64,000 nt of DNA, taken from the NCBI RefSeq assembly GCF_000281045.1, contig NW_008246070.1, positions 648,954-712,953 of the forward strand, written 5' to 3'. This document shows positions 10,744-23,131 of the stretch, piece after piece. Numbering within the stretch: the first letter of the stretch is position 1; each line of letters starts with the position of its first letter. This DNA comes from Saprolegnia diclina VS20. Taxonomy: Eukaryota. The position numbers and the translations under genes are program-made. Below the pieces are notes generated by a model that was not told the origin of the DNA, made no database searches, and was given only the letters and a program-made list of their open reading frames with translations.

Positions 10744-13294
10744 TTAGTAGTTGGTCAGCGTCGAGTCCATAAAGAGGATCCCTTGGAGCTTGCCTTCTTT
10801 AACGACAAAGATCTGCGGCCACATGTAGAGACACGAGAGCACGTAGACCTTGCTCAGCGGTACCATGTAGCCAACTTGGGGCGGGTACGTGTCGACAGGC
10901 AGCGCAGCGTACGAAAGCGCGTGGAACGGCGGGCCGTACGCCAGCTAGTCGAGCAAAGACGTTAAGAGTTGGGAATCAAATGGGTGGCACGCTACGGGTG
11001 TCGACTCGAGGTCGCCTTGGCTCTCGAGCGCGTGCAGCAACGTGGCTTCGTCTGCGTATCGATACAGTCGGTGGAGCGCAAGCATTGAAGGTCGCACCTG
11101 TGTCAAGGTCGGGCTTGACGAGTGATGCACGCAGTGTCTCATGCGAGTCGACCACGTCGTCGTTGTCGGCATGGTCGTGCAGCCGGTCGCGGAGTCGGGC
11201 GAGTGCGAGCACGAGGTCCGACCGACGTACGCCGCCCTACGCATCGTGTCGCCATACGCCCCACCACTTTGCTATGTTACGAGAAGGGTGCGCGACTCGG
11301 AGGAATCGCAGAGCGCAAATTGTTGGTGCGTCGGGTGCAAGTGCTACCGTGCGCGATGAGTTACTTGGAGACGATTATAAAGGAGCGTACGAGAAGCGAC
11401 GCGGCGTCGGCATACGTCGAGTGCAGTGTGAGGACGCCGCAGTGCGGCTGCAGCACTTCGTGGGCCACCTTGTTGGCGAGAACGGTCTCGGACACGTCGT
11501 CGCAGATGAAGTCGAGGCCCGCAAGCTTGGCAAAGACGTCGTAGATCGACGGGGTGAAGATACCGCCGACCGAGTACGCGACGAGCACCGAGAGCATGAC
11601 AGGCAGCATGTGACTCAACTGGCCTAGTCTTATATATCGCCATCGTTCAGTCGACGAAGATGTACTACCTGTGAGTTCAAAGACGATGACGGCCGTCGAG
11701 ATCGAGTGCGTCGCGGCGGACGCGAGGCACGCAGCACCGACGACCGCGTACGTGGCGGGCGAGACGGCGTCGCCGACAAGAGCCAAGACGACTTCGCCAT
11801 AGAGCCGGCCAGCGACTGCGCCGAGCGCAAAGAGCGGGGTAAAGATGCCGCACGAGAGCGGAAGGCCGCACGGCAAGAGCGTCAAGCCAAACTTGAGCAC
11901 GATAAAGACAGCGGCGTGCGACATGGAGACCAGCGCTGTGTCGTGGATTGGACTATCGCGAAAGGATGCGTTGATGATCGTTCGGTCCGAGAGCCGAAGC
12001 TGGTGCAGGAACGGGTAGGCAGCGAGAGCCGTGAGTGCGCATGCAACTGCGACGAGAGCGAAGCGGTAGTGGCGTGAGCTCTTTGGCAACCGTGGCTACG
12101 CAGAGCTGACGACGATGCGTTCTTATTGCAGGACGTACGCAAAGGTAGCGCGTCTGAAGCTGTTGAAGCCACACGACGCTTCGCACAAACGCAGCCGCGA
12201 GACCCTAATCGCACAAGGAATACGACAAGCGACGCCAGACGGTCAAGTACCCCGCAGAGACCGCCGAGGAGCAAGAACGCGAGCAGCTCTGGACCGAGCT
12301 CAAAGTCGGCGAACGTCGTGTTGGTAAAGAGCACGTCGTTCTGAAGCGCCGAGACGATTTGGAACGTGAGCACGCAAAACGACGAGCTGATCACACTCTG
12401 CCAGAGGTTCCTACGCTCCTTTGAGATGCCTGCGATCGGTAGAGTCGTACTTGATGGCGTAAAACTGCGACGTGACCTCGATGCTAAACAGCACGCCGCC
12501 GAGGGGCGAGCCAAAGACGGCCGTGACGCCGCACGCGACGCCTACATACCCATGAGCATTCGTATCTGGCTATGGCAGAGGACACCGGCGCGGATAAAGG
12601 TAATGTTGTCTTCGGGACCCCGTCGGAAGATGGCGAGGCTGCTGAGCTTGTGCGCGACGATCGAGATGAGGTGGATGAACGGCCCTTCCTTCCCGACCGA
12701 GAGACCGGACGCGTTCGAGAGAACAGTGCCCATGGATCGTCCGAGAAGCGTGCAGTACGAGAGGACATGAGTGGACGCGAGCTGGCCCGCAAGCAGCGCC
12801 TTCATCTGCGGAATGCCCGAGCCGTCCGAGTACGTCGAGAAGACGACGCCGCAGAGGCTCGCGAGGAGCCCAAGCACGACGGTCCATCCCAGCCACAATA
12901 TGCAGGCGGAGATAGAATCCTAGGCATCGTGCTATCGAGCATGCTCGTAGGCTAGCAATGTACCTCGCCGAGTGACGCAAGCATCCACGACCGGTACGAG
13001 AGAATAACGAGAATCCACGCATCCAAGAGCGCTCTACCCGCATTGTTACGAGGCAAATGATGTGCTAGGGACGTACCCGATGAGCGCCGAGAGGCAGCCA
13101 AGCGCCATGAGGAAGATCCACGTGATGGGCGAGTGGGGCAAGTACATGCACGCCGCCCACACGCGCAGGCCTAGCGTCGCCGGGCGCCCAGCGCCGGAGC
13201 TCCGCTGCGTGGAGCGCATCTCGTGCTGGTACTGCTCGAGGGTGCTTGCATGGCGCCAGATGTCTACCCAGCGTCGCCGATGAGCCTCCTCCAT
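10744..13294 (-). CDS. CLC chloride channel (ClC-1/2-like); multi-exon
   Basis: CLC signatures [27 protein letters not shown] and PSIYD are present across exons. ATG at 13294; TAA at 10744-10746. Confidence 0.88.
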
Positions 13295-13557
13295 GGCCCG
13301 CGCGTCGTCGCACCAATTCGCATGTGTCTTCGACCTTTTTTACGGAAACAACGGGAACACCCAATCAGATCCGACGTCGACGGAGGCTAAATGCACGCAA
13401 TGATACGGCCTGGCCGCTAATGCGCTCGTCGGCTTCTTCCGTGGCGCTTGACCAGCTTGCCGCAGCGGTAGCTGTGAATCTCCCAAGGCGACGGCAAAAG
13501 CAACGCTCTCGAATAAGATCCGAGTGCTCGGCAGTTGGCGTCAGGCGTTACCACAAC

Positions 13558-14661
13558 ATGCAGCAGAGCGACCCGTTGGCGCAGTACCTCAGCGTCGTGC
13601 CCGATGCAAGTTCACGCAAGACGATCGTACTCGACCAAAAGCCGCCGACGCAGCGCCCGCCACGACCACCCCAACGGCCCGCGACCGCCCGGTCGTCGCG
13701 CGAAAAACCTCCACCCGACGTGGCCGGCCCCCGCGAGCGCGCGTTTCACAACCACGTCCGCCGCCGCTTCCACGCGTTCGTCGCAGGAGACAAGTTGCAA
13801 GCGCACAACCTCTTTGCTGGCTGGGAGCCAGCTTCAGCCCAAGCGCAGACGTCCGTCGAGCACAAGAACCACGAGCCTGGTGCGTGGACCATCCGCTTGT
13901 ATCATCATCGAATCTGATACCCGCGCCAAGGCGCCAAGGACCCGCATTGGGAGCCACTACACGTAGCAGCGCGGGTTCATACGTGCAACCAAGTAGAAGA
14001 CGAGAACGACGCAGCGCCGACATTTTCGCTCAACACCAACCCCAGCGTACCGCTGGTCAACTTCCGGCCTCGCCCCAAGGCCCCGCCCATCGCTGCCCCC
14101 GAGCAACCCAACGTTGTCCGCCTCGCACAGCAGCTCGACCACGCACTCGATCCAAACAACGAGCTTCCGCCCACGGAGGGTGTCCCGTTGACAATGAAGA
14201 GCACGAGCGTGTTGCCGAAAGCGTCCGGGCTGCGGCGCGCCATGCACATCAAGGCGTCGGCCTCCCGCCCGGCGCTGAAAAAAACAAAGCCGCGCACGCA
14301 GTATATCGCCGAGCACGCGCACGCGATGCTGCGCGTGCAAGACGACGTGCGTAGCCGGGTGCGCGCCCACATGTTGCAGCTGCAGACGCGCCAGGAGGAG
14401 GCGAGGCGAGAGAAGCGCGCGTCGCCCGTGTGTCTTGAGCGCGTGGTGGCCGACATGGCGCTCTGGCGAATGCATGGCCGTCGCTTCGAGTCGCCAGCGC
14501 TTATTGACGACCCGCCACTCGAGTCTATATTTCCGTCGCTCACGATTGCGATCGAGTGCTCGGTCACGACCAAAGACGAGGGCCCGATCGCGTTCTCACT
14601 GCCGCGGAGTCGCGCCAGCCGCGCCGACTTGGACGAGCCCAGTCCCATGGCATTGTCCTAG
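13558..14661 (+). CDS. Hypothetical protein, two exons
   Basis: Coding-like codon usage from MQQSDPLAQY; probable intron at about 13880-13966; TAG at 14659-14661. No family recognised. Confidence 0.55.
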
Positions 14662-14689
14662 CAGTAGACAAAAGGCTCTTGACTCTTGA

Positions 14690-15280
14690 TTACAATGTGC
14701 TAGTATGTGTCTTGGTGTGGTGGCGGTAGCGCACATACGGCAGCGTGAGGACATAGCCCATCCACTGCAGGAGGAGGAGTAAGCCCGCTAGGCGCAGCAC
14801 GATAAAGACTTGGTGCAGCACGACGGGGAGGTAGATGAGGACATGTGGCGTCAAGTGCGGTCCCAAGAAGAGCTCAATCACCGTTACCAACTCGTTTGGG
14901 TTGGAGTAGCAGAGCACGGCGAGCGACGCGAGGCCGGCCGCCGCGCCCGCGAGCTGCAACAAATCCCAGAGCACGGTGCTTTGGTAAACCATGAGAAAGG
15001 GCGCGAACATGTCTTCGATGCGCGTGCGGTAGACGCCGTACTGCAGCAGTGTCAGCAGTATGAAGAAGCCAAGGTCGTATTCGAACGGTACGATCGCAAC
15101 CCACGCCGGCGCAACTTTGAGCGCCGTGTAGACGACGCTCGTGACGAACAAGAGCGCGATCACGTTCACGAGCTCTGTGAGCGCAAGCGCCGGTGACGTG
15201 GCAAGCTCAGCGTACAAGGCGACGATGTCGCAGTCGAGGCAAGCGCTGGCCACCGAGGCCCAGAGCTTTGTGGCCGCCAT
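14690..15280 (-). CDS. Hypothetical multi-pass membrane protein
   Basis: Intronless ORF from MAATKLW with about four hydrophobic segments; a CCAAT motif lies upstream. Confidence 0.65.
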   Translation of the reverse strand: MAATKLWASVASACLDCDIVALYAELATSPALALTELVNVIALLFVTSVVYTALKVAPAWVAIVPFEYDLGFFILLTLLQYGVYRTRIEDMFAPFLMVYQSTVLWDLLQLAGAAAGLASLAVLCYSNPNELVTVIELFLGPHLTPHVLIYLPVVLHQVFIVLRLAGLLLLLQWMGYVLTLPYVRYRHHTKTHTSTL

Positions 15281-15834
15281 CGCTCGGCGCTTTGCAAGAT
15301 CCCGGGTCCGCCAATCCCCGACCGCCTGCACTTTGATTGGTCAAAATATTTTTCTGATATAAGGGCAACTCCCTCTTTGCAAACCTTGGACAATGGATAC
15401 GAGAGAACCTACGTGAATGGCTGTGGGAAGTGCGCCATGGTCGGTTTCAAGGTGACATGGCCAAGCAGACGTCTGTGGACGATGCTTTGATGCTTCAACT
15501 CGCGCTACTATGACGGGAACGTGCCCGGGATGGCGCTGGCCAGCTGGGGCGGAGCGACAACTCACGTGCGACAACTCATGCTGAGTCTGTCAGCGCCGGT
15601 CGCGCAGCAGCATTGCACGTACTAAGTACCAGTAAGACTGGTGCGCTAGGGGCTCGCTTAGTGTGGTTTACTTGGAGTACATATCTAGTCGCCCACTAAC
15701 AGCAGGACACAATAGCGCATACAACGCTGCTGGCGGCCAGTGGCTGGCGATACCGATACGCTGTCCGTCTCGCCAATGACACTGCGCAAAACAGCCAAAT
15801 GGAAATAGGTGCAATAGGATTAAATGAGGCAGAT

Positions 15835-16899
15835 TTATGCGTGGGGCCCCTCAGTGGTCTGGAGCACAAACACGTCTTCCATGTCTTCTTGGGGCTTGAT
15901 GACCTTGTAGTGGTTTCCATGGCGATCGAGGCTACGAAATCGATAAGATCAAGCCGACAAAATCGACGCGTACTCGTCGTAGGGCGGGATCGTGACGTCA
16001 AAGACAGCGCAGCCTATTGCGCCTTCGGCCACGAGTTCGTGCAGGTTGTGCTGCCACGGGTTCAGATCCATCGTGCACGGTGCTAAAGACACGCGTGAGC
16101 ACCGAGAGCCACCGAATTCGGGGGCTACCAGTAACGTGCTTGTTCCGCGTCTGCTTGGCGAGAAGGAGCGGGGCTCTACACAAGCACAGACGCATGAATA
16201 TCGCCCTGTGCCATTGGAAAGAGACGCACCCTTGGTCATCTACTTGATCGTGCTCGAGCAAGTTGTACGCTTTGAGGTGGAACGAGCCGTACAGTCTAAA
16301 CAGTCCAAACCGCTCGTGAGCGGCCACGCGTTGCATGCCAGCGACGACGTACACTCGCGTGACGACCGACATGAACGGGTGGTCGTGGAGAGGAATCTTG
16401 GATCCGGGCGGCATGAAGAAGATGCCCATGCTGATGCTCTCCGCCTCCCAGAGCTTGTAGTAAAATACGTCCTTGCCCATGGCCGTGACTTCAGCCGCGG
16501 TCGGGATCGAGATGTTGACTAATACAAGACGTCGCATGAGCATCCATTGCCCACGCATGCTTCGCAATGCGTACACTGCATGTGCGTGAGCTGGTCGCAG
16601 ATATCGCGGATCGGCGCCGTAAGGATCTCAATGTGCGGCGGCGACAGCTTCTCGAGCTGCACCGAGAGCGGCGGCGGCGGCGGCTTGAGCACGTGCTTGA
16701 GCGTGCGCAGCGACCGGTAGTGCGAGCGCAAAATGTCCTTGACGCAGCCCAGCGGAATCTTGTGGCTCTCCTGGAAGAAGCGCATCTCGTCCTCGAGGTA
16801 CGCTGCGTACTGGCCCTCGGGGTCCAGCGCGAGCTCGGCGGTCTTGGCCGTCACGTCGTGCTGCTTCATGTGCCTACGGATCGTTTGGCATCGCGACAT
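15835..16899 (-). CDS. Cysteamine dioxygenase / plant cysteine oxidase (PCO_ADO family) thiol dioxygenase; multi-exon
   Basis: Cupin motifs SMGIFFMPPGSKIPLHDHPFMSV, HNLHEL and AVFDVTIPPYD; the three metal-binding His residues are present. Confidence 0.85.
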
Positions 16900-17738
16900 G
16901 CTTCTGACGACTGCGCTCGCCTCGACCGGCGCCGCCTACCTGTCTATGCACCTGCGTTCGCTGGCGCTGGCCCGCGCGCGTTTCTATGCTGGAGCGACCC
17001 CATACTTTTCCACCAATGAGATGCGACGTCGATGGTGATTGGTGCGTGCATAAGACAGTCGCGATGTGATTGGCGATACGCAGAACCGCCCTTTCCGGCC
17101 CGTCGCTCTCCTTGAAGCCGGTTGCCATTGCACCTGTGAGAACTGATGCTTCTGCCAAGGATTGTATCAACTGCTGCAGAACCGCACTGAAGTCGGCCAC
17201 GCGCTTGAGCGCTTCGGCAGCGCCATCTTTGTGCTTGAGGCAACGGACAGCCGCCGCGTCTTTGCAAAGGCCGACGCTCTTCGTCTGGCGTCAGCCCCTG
17301 TGACGGCGCGTCCGGATACAGTGCCATTGCACACGCCATCTTTCACTTTGCATGTCTTATCGCTGCGTCATGATTAGATGAGCAGGAAGCAGCGATAACG
17401 GCCGTGCAGGAACCTTATCACTGCAATGCAAGTATAACGTGCCCGACGGTCATACATGCATGCATCTCTCGTCCCGCCACAGGTCGCCGAAGGTTACAAG
17501 CGTGTTTCAGAGCGTAACGTCAAGAGCGACCGACTGATCCTTGCCCAAGGTCCTCATCTTGGCTGACACGCTGGGTGCACTCGCTTGACCGGTCGATGCG
17601 TCTTGGCCAACTGGCTGCCAATCCCCTTCCTAGAAGGAGCTTCCAGCGACCAGGCACTGCGAAACTGCATTACCTCCAGCGCTCCAATTTCCCCATGACC
17701 TCTCATACTTAATTGCGACAGACGGCGGCCATCACACC

Positions 17739-18176
17739 ATGGTTGAGTTTCTACGCATCCACCTCGTCCTCGGGACGCTCCTCGAGGTCGTCTCCTTCGC
17801 GCGCCTTGTCTTCACGGACACGCCCTTCGTGGAGCTATTGCCTACCGTGACAGACCCATCGTTCGATGCTGTGCCCGCCGTCCGCCGCCTCTACGCACTC
17901 TACGTGCTCACGCTTGCGACCCTCCGCTTCGCCACGGCGTGCGACATGACCAACGCCGCCCTCTTTGGTGCGCTCACGGTCGCCCACGTCATGGAGGCCG
18001 CGTACTCGGTGCTCGAAGTTCTCGTCTTTGCCGACGTTCCGGTATCGTCGCTCTTGACGCTGGCCCACGCGCCCAAGTCGGCGATGCTAGCGGTCCTGAT
18101 CGCCCAAATGCTCTTTATCGGGACGGGCTACTTTCGCTACGTCGTGCCTCACAGTGCCAAGCTAAAACGCCAGTAA
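17739..18176 (+). CDS. Small ER membrane protein, possibly ERG28-like
   Basis: 145 aa with four hydrophobic segments. RLYALYVLTLATLRFATACDMTN...LEVLVF resembles ERG28 spacing. C-terminus has a KxKxx ER-retrieval signal (KLKRQ). Confidence 0.5.
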   Translation: MVEFLRIHLVLGTLLEVVSFARLVFTDTPFVELLPTVTDPSFDAVPAVRRLYALYVLTLATLRFATACDMTNAALFGALTVAHVMEAAYSVLEVLVFADVPVSSLLTLAHAPKSAMLAVLIAQMLFIGTGYFRYVVPHSAKLKRQ

Positions 18177-18214
18177 ACGCTGGACGTTCTCTGTATAACA
18201 GCGACCAAGACGTC

Positions 18215-19198
18215 TTAGGTTGATGATATAGCAGCGTGCCAGTAGGCATGCAAACAGCGCTGTCCTTCCTCGAACGCGAACGTATCCATGTGTCCTGCGT
18301 CCGCAACGGGGCAGAAGCGCAGATTGTTGTGGCCGTGGCGCTCATACAGCGTCTGGCCGTGGTGAAAGGCAACAATGCGGTCCTTCTTGCCGTGCACGAG
18401 CAAGATCGGCGTCGCGTTCACGGCGCGGAGAAGGTCCTTGGTGCGAAACTGGTGGGCGAGGAGCGACGAGACGGTGTCATCGGCGACCGCGGGCACCCAG
18501 TCGCGCACGATGCCCGAGATCGTTGTGAACGGCGCCTACATTGCTCGTATTGAGTCATAGCACTAGCGTCAGGATCGGCGCATAGCAATACCTCCAAGAT
18601 GAGCCCCGCGGGGCACTGCTGCCGCGCACATAGCGTGTGCACCAAGTGCGTCGCAATTGCACTCCCGAGCGAGTACCCGTGGACGACAATATCGCTATGG
18701 GACCGACCCAGCACCTGCGTGAGCCACGTCCATGCAGCCATCGCATCGTCCTTGACGCCTTGTTCCGTGGGCCACACCCGCGACGAGTCGCCGAAGCCTA
18801 TACCGTAGGTCATGCAAGTTGCATGGATGCGGCGACAACCATGTACCTCGGTAGTCGACGAGCACAATGTCGCTGACGGACGGCATGGTCCGGTACAGGT
18901 GGTGCTTCTCGAGCCCGACGGCCGACGCGCGATGCTCGCCGTTCCCATGCAAGTACAAGACAACCTTGGACCGGTTCGCTGCGCCATGGAGCTGCGTATG
19001 CCAGAGGCCAATGTGGACGCCGTTCGTGCTGTTGATGTACACGTTGGCCGTGTTGCCGAGCTCGTCGGCCGCGGACGCAAAGTCCAGCCAGAGGTACGAC
19101 GGAAAGTTGAGGTAGACAAAGAAGCCTTGGCCGATCGGCGCCGTCAAGACCCACGCAAGGCCGAGCACTAGAGCGCAACTCAGTCGCTTCGTCGCCAT
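18215..19198 (-). CDS. Alpha/beta hydrolase, ABHD12/ABHD13-like lipase
   Basis: Motifs LHGNGEHR, DYRG|..FGDS, nucleophile elbow GYSLG, HGKKD and AGH; N-terminal hydrophobic anchor; two short introns. Confidence 0.85.
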
Positions 19199-19577
19199 CA
19201 CGATCGCCACAAGGTGCGAAAAACGCCACTCCGGACATGCCTTTAGCGAGGTAAAATACGAGTTAAAGGGTTTAACCAGGTCAAACTGGGTCTCTCCGCA
19301 AGGCTCCGACATGGGTAATATTGACCCATGGCTCCGAGCACGTGCAACTTTGATCCCAGGACCAATTCTCGGACCTCTTGGTACACTCGTAACGCGTTCG
19401 AGGTGTCCAAGCGATGCGTGATGACAACGTCGTCGGCGGCCGACCGCCTCGACAGGTTAAAGTTTAGACGTGTGCGTCAAACAAGGCAAAAAGGAGGTAA
19501 TTTGCAGCAAGCAGACAGAAATACATGTTGGTGGAAAATAGACGCTCGGTGCAGTCGGCTGATCTACAGCTCGTCCT

Positions 19578-20853
19578 CTAAATGAGATCGGCGACGTCCA
19601 TGGGCATCTCGTCGATCTGCGTGTTGTAGAACTGCTCGATATCGCGGAGGTAGCGGGCGTCGGCGCTCGTCAAAAAGTTGATGGCCACACCCTTGCGACC
19701 GAAACGACCCGAGCGACCGATACGGTGGATGTAGTTTTCACGGTTCGTGGGCAAGTCGTAGTTGATGACGAGCGACACCTGCTGCACGTCGATACCACGG
19801 GCGAGGAGATCCGTCGTGATCAAGACGCGCGACGAGCCCGAGCGGAATTCGCGCATAATGATGTCGCGTTCGCGCTGCTCCATGTCGCCGTGCATGGCCG
19901 AGACCGTGAAGTCCTTCGACTGCATCTTCTCCGTGAGCCAGTCGACCTTTCGCCGCGTGTTGCAATAAATGATGGCTTGCGTGATCGTAAGCGTCTCGTA
20001 CAGATCGCAGAGCGTGTCGAACTTCCACTCCTCGCGGTCAATGGCGATGTAGAACTGCTTGATACCTTCGAGGGTCAGTTCATCGCGCTTGACGAGGATG
20101 CGGATCGGGTCGCGCATGAAGCGCTGCGTGACCTCCAGCACGTCGAGGGGCATCGTGGCCGAAAAGAGGGCCACTTGCACCTTCTCGGGCAAGAAGCGGA
20201 ACACGTCGTAGATCTGGTCCTTGAAACCGCGCGAGAGCATCTCATCGGCTTCATCGAGGACGAAGAGCTTGACCGAGTCGGTGCGGAAGGCACGGCGGTT
20301 GATCATGTCACCGACACGGCCGGGCGTACCGACCACGATGTGGACACCGCTCTGAAGCGTGCGGATGTCGTCGCGGACGGCAGTACCACCGACGCAGGCA
20401 TGGACGAGGCAGCCCATGTAGTCGCCAATGGCCAAGATGACCTTGACGATCTGCTGCGCGAGTTCGCGCGTGGGCGCCAAGATGAGCGCCTGCGTCTCAC
20501 GGAGCGCCGAGTCGATCTGCTGCAGGATCGAGATGGCGAACGTGGCCGTCTTACCGGTACCCGACTGCGCCTGGGCAATGCAATCATGGCCGAGCAAGAT
20601 GGGCTTCACAGCGCGCTGCTGGATGGCCGACGGCTTCTCAAAACCGTAGGCGTAGATGCCACGGAGGAGGTCTTCGCGGAGCTCCATGCCATCGAACGAC
20701 TCGATGACTTCTTCCCAGTTGGTGTCAATGTCGCCATCGACAATGGGGGCGGGGGCGTGGGAGTCTTCCCCACGAGGGCTACACAGAGAGGAGGTCCATG
20801 AGCCTCGAGCCAGCGTCCGCGGCTGCAGCGTACCTTCTTGGCGTCTCAGACAT
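19578..20853 (-). CDS. EIF4A: Eukaryotic initiation factor 4A (DEAD-box helicase)
   Basis: Motifs [31 protein letters not shown] and [14 protein letters not shown] short first exon (20834-20853) is followed by intron 20779-20833. Confidence 0.97.
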
Positions 20854-20879
20854 AGTTTTTCCTAATGCTTTGGCTCGAC

Positions 20880-21070
20880 CACCAATTGCAGGCCACGCCA
20901 GCTGCACTTGGAGTTCGTATACTTTCCGAAAAACCCCACGCCTGTCGCGTTTGGGACTTCACACCAACCAGATCTCCGCCCAATCAACAACGAGATAGCA
21001 AAGAATGCGCCAATCGCATCGCTGCCAGATGCTAAATTCAGCGATTGGCCATAAAGCCCGCCAATCACGT
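20880..21070. promoter_or_regulatory. CCAAT-box cluster upstream of eIF4A
   Basis: CCAAT/ATTGG occurs near 20882, 20980, 21010, 21044 and 21061. Confidence 0.5.
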
Positions 21071-23131
21071 GCGCGCCCCGGAGCCGTTGGGCCATTCCCC
21101 GAGCCCTGTTCTGAAAACGAGCGAATCAAATGCGAGGAGAGCGAAGTCAATGACGCAAAGAGACCGCGATGGCGGCCATGATGGGGCGGACCCCGTGCCG
21201 CCGTTGGGCGGAAGCGACAGGGCTCCATCATCGCAATAGCAATAGAATAATTAGATGACCCAGAGACAAAGACACTGGGCGAAAGTTGTTGGATGAATTT
21301 TGCATCCTTCCTGGTCTCTGCAATCGTACCGGCCTCGAATGTCGAGTTCAAATCGTGCGCAGTGTCGCGCGTTTGAGAAGGACGAAATTTAAACGCCGCT
21401 CGTTTCGACAATTATGCTCGTGAAGCTTATTGATGTGTGTGCAAAGTTGGATGTTTCCACGGAAGCCACAGGCGAATCATTGTTTGCCGTTTGCCGACAA
21501 ACACTCGGGTGTCGGGACCATCCCCGCAGACCACTTCTAGTACACTACACTAGCGCTATTACCAATAGCCCAGTCGAGTACGAACGAGTAAGTTGGTTGG
21601 TGTGTGTTAACGTAAAATCTCGACGGCTTGGCAGTCGTGGTCCCATGGGCCAGCATTGTCCGCCTCATTGCGCCGAAACCTGGTGCTCAGCCGCAACAAC
21701 TCGGACGCCGACGTCAGTAGCGGAACTCGCGTGTACCGGGTACATGTACTGCAACTTCCGAGAGGCTTGCGTCGCTTGTTGGCATGTTGCGAAGAGATCG
21801 CATCATTCCTTTCAACTCATGAGCATTTGCACACCCGGTGGATGTACCGCTGGTTGAGCCTTGGACGACACGACACGCGGAAGACACAAAGACCAATTCA
21901 TAGTCCGTCGCCAAGCCATGGACCGATACGACTCGAGCTCACGTTCGGACGCGCAACAAAAAAGCCTACGCCTACCTCGAATTGCGGGCGACGGGTTGTC
22001 GCTGTCGAGTTTGGTGACGCCACAGACACGCTGCAAGACATCGTCATGAGCGCGCAGAGTGCTACAATGTACAAACAAACACTCGAGCCCTGTACTCACT
22101 ATCAGCAATACGTAAGCATTTCAGTGTACAACACTCCTAATCGCCACTCTTTAGATTGCTGGCGGAGGACGTGCTTTGACCATGTCAAGCGTCACCGAAG
22201 CTACGTGTACGTACAAGTAGATCGCGACGCAAACCATATAGCTTTATGAGGTCAGCGAGCTCTGAGAGCAAGCTTTTGCATTATGAATACGACCCAAGAA
22301 GCTTCTCCGCACGACGTGTCCTCAGGTCCCATGCGCCGCAAGAGCGACCATTTCCTCAACGATAAGAACTTTTTCACGTTAGTCAGTGGTTCGTTCGCCC
22401 ACAAGTTGGCACGAGTAGAGTTTGTCCATTGCGTGAAAAAGGGGAAACGGTGGTTGATGTTGCAATTTTGGCCCACGGGGTCGAGGGCTTGGCCACGCCT
22501 GCAGGGGAATCCAAGGACCAAGCTATGAAACCTTCGAAATCATTCAACCGATGCCAACAACCTTTGTTGTGGCCAATATTCTGGAGGACGATGGGTCTTT
22601 CGGTGGAAGCTGCCGATGCAACCTTGCAAAACCACTGCAACCCAAACCGGGCGCCTGGGTAGCCGTTGAGAGCAAGCTTCGACGACCTTGATGACCACAT
22701 TTTGCACTTCATTAGTATCTGGGCACAAGCTGCGAGCCAAAGAATTCGAACAAGATGGCTCAGTAGCAATCTGAGGCGTCGTGCCCCAAGCTTGCGAGAG
22801 GTTGTGGCCAAAGCTTACGCGGGATTGTCGTCGCGTCATGCTCGGGAGATTCCGAAGACCGAGGCCATCCTCTTGGAGCTTGGATGCTCGTTGGTGAAAC
22901 CCAGGCGCTTGTGATTGGCCGACAGCTTCAACCTCACCCAGTTGGGGCCATGAATCCACCAATCGCAGCATGATGAGCGGTTGCGTCAAGTGACCTTGGG
23001 TCCTCCTTGTTTCCCGAAAGACGCCCTAGCTTTAGGGCAAAACAGTGGTTTTGTATGTGAGGCCTAAATGGCCCGCATCTACCGTGCCCACCTGAGATGT
23101 GAACCGCCGGGCGCAGAATCGAATCCGAGTC

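Noticed and set aside
16900..17620. Separate gene upstream of the PCO/ADO gene
   Set aside because: There are only short coding-like fragments, with no consistent start, splice pattern or recognisable family.
19725..20801. 358-aa antisense ORF opposite eIF4A
   Set aside because: It is a shadow of a highly biased housekeeping gene.
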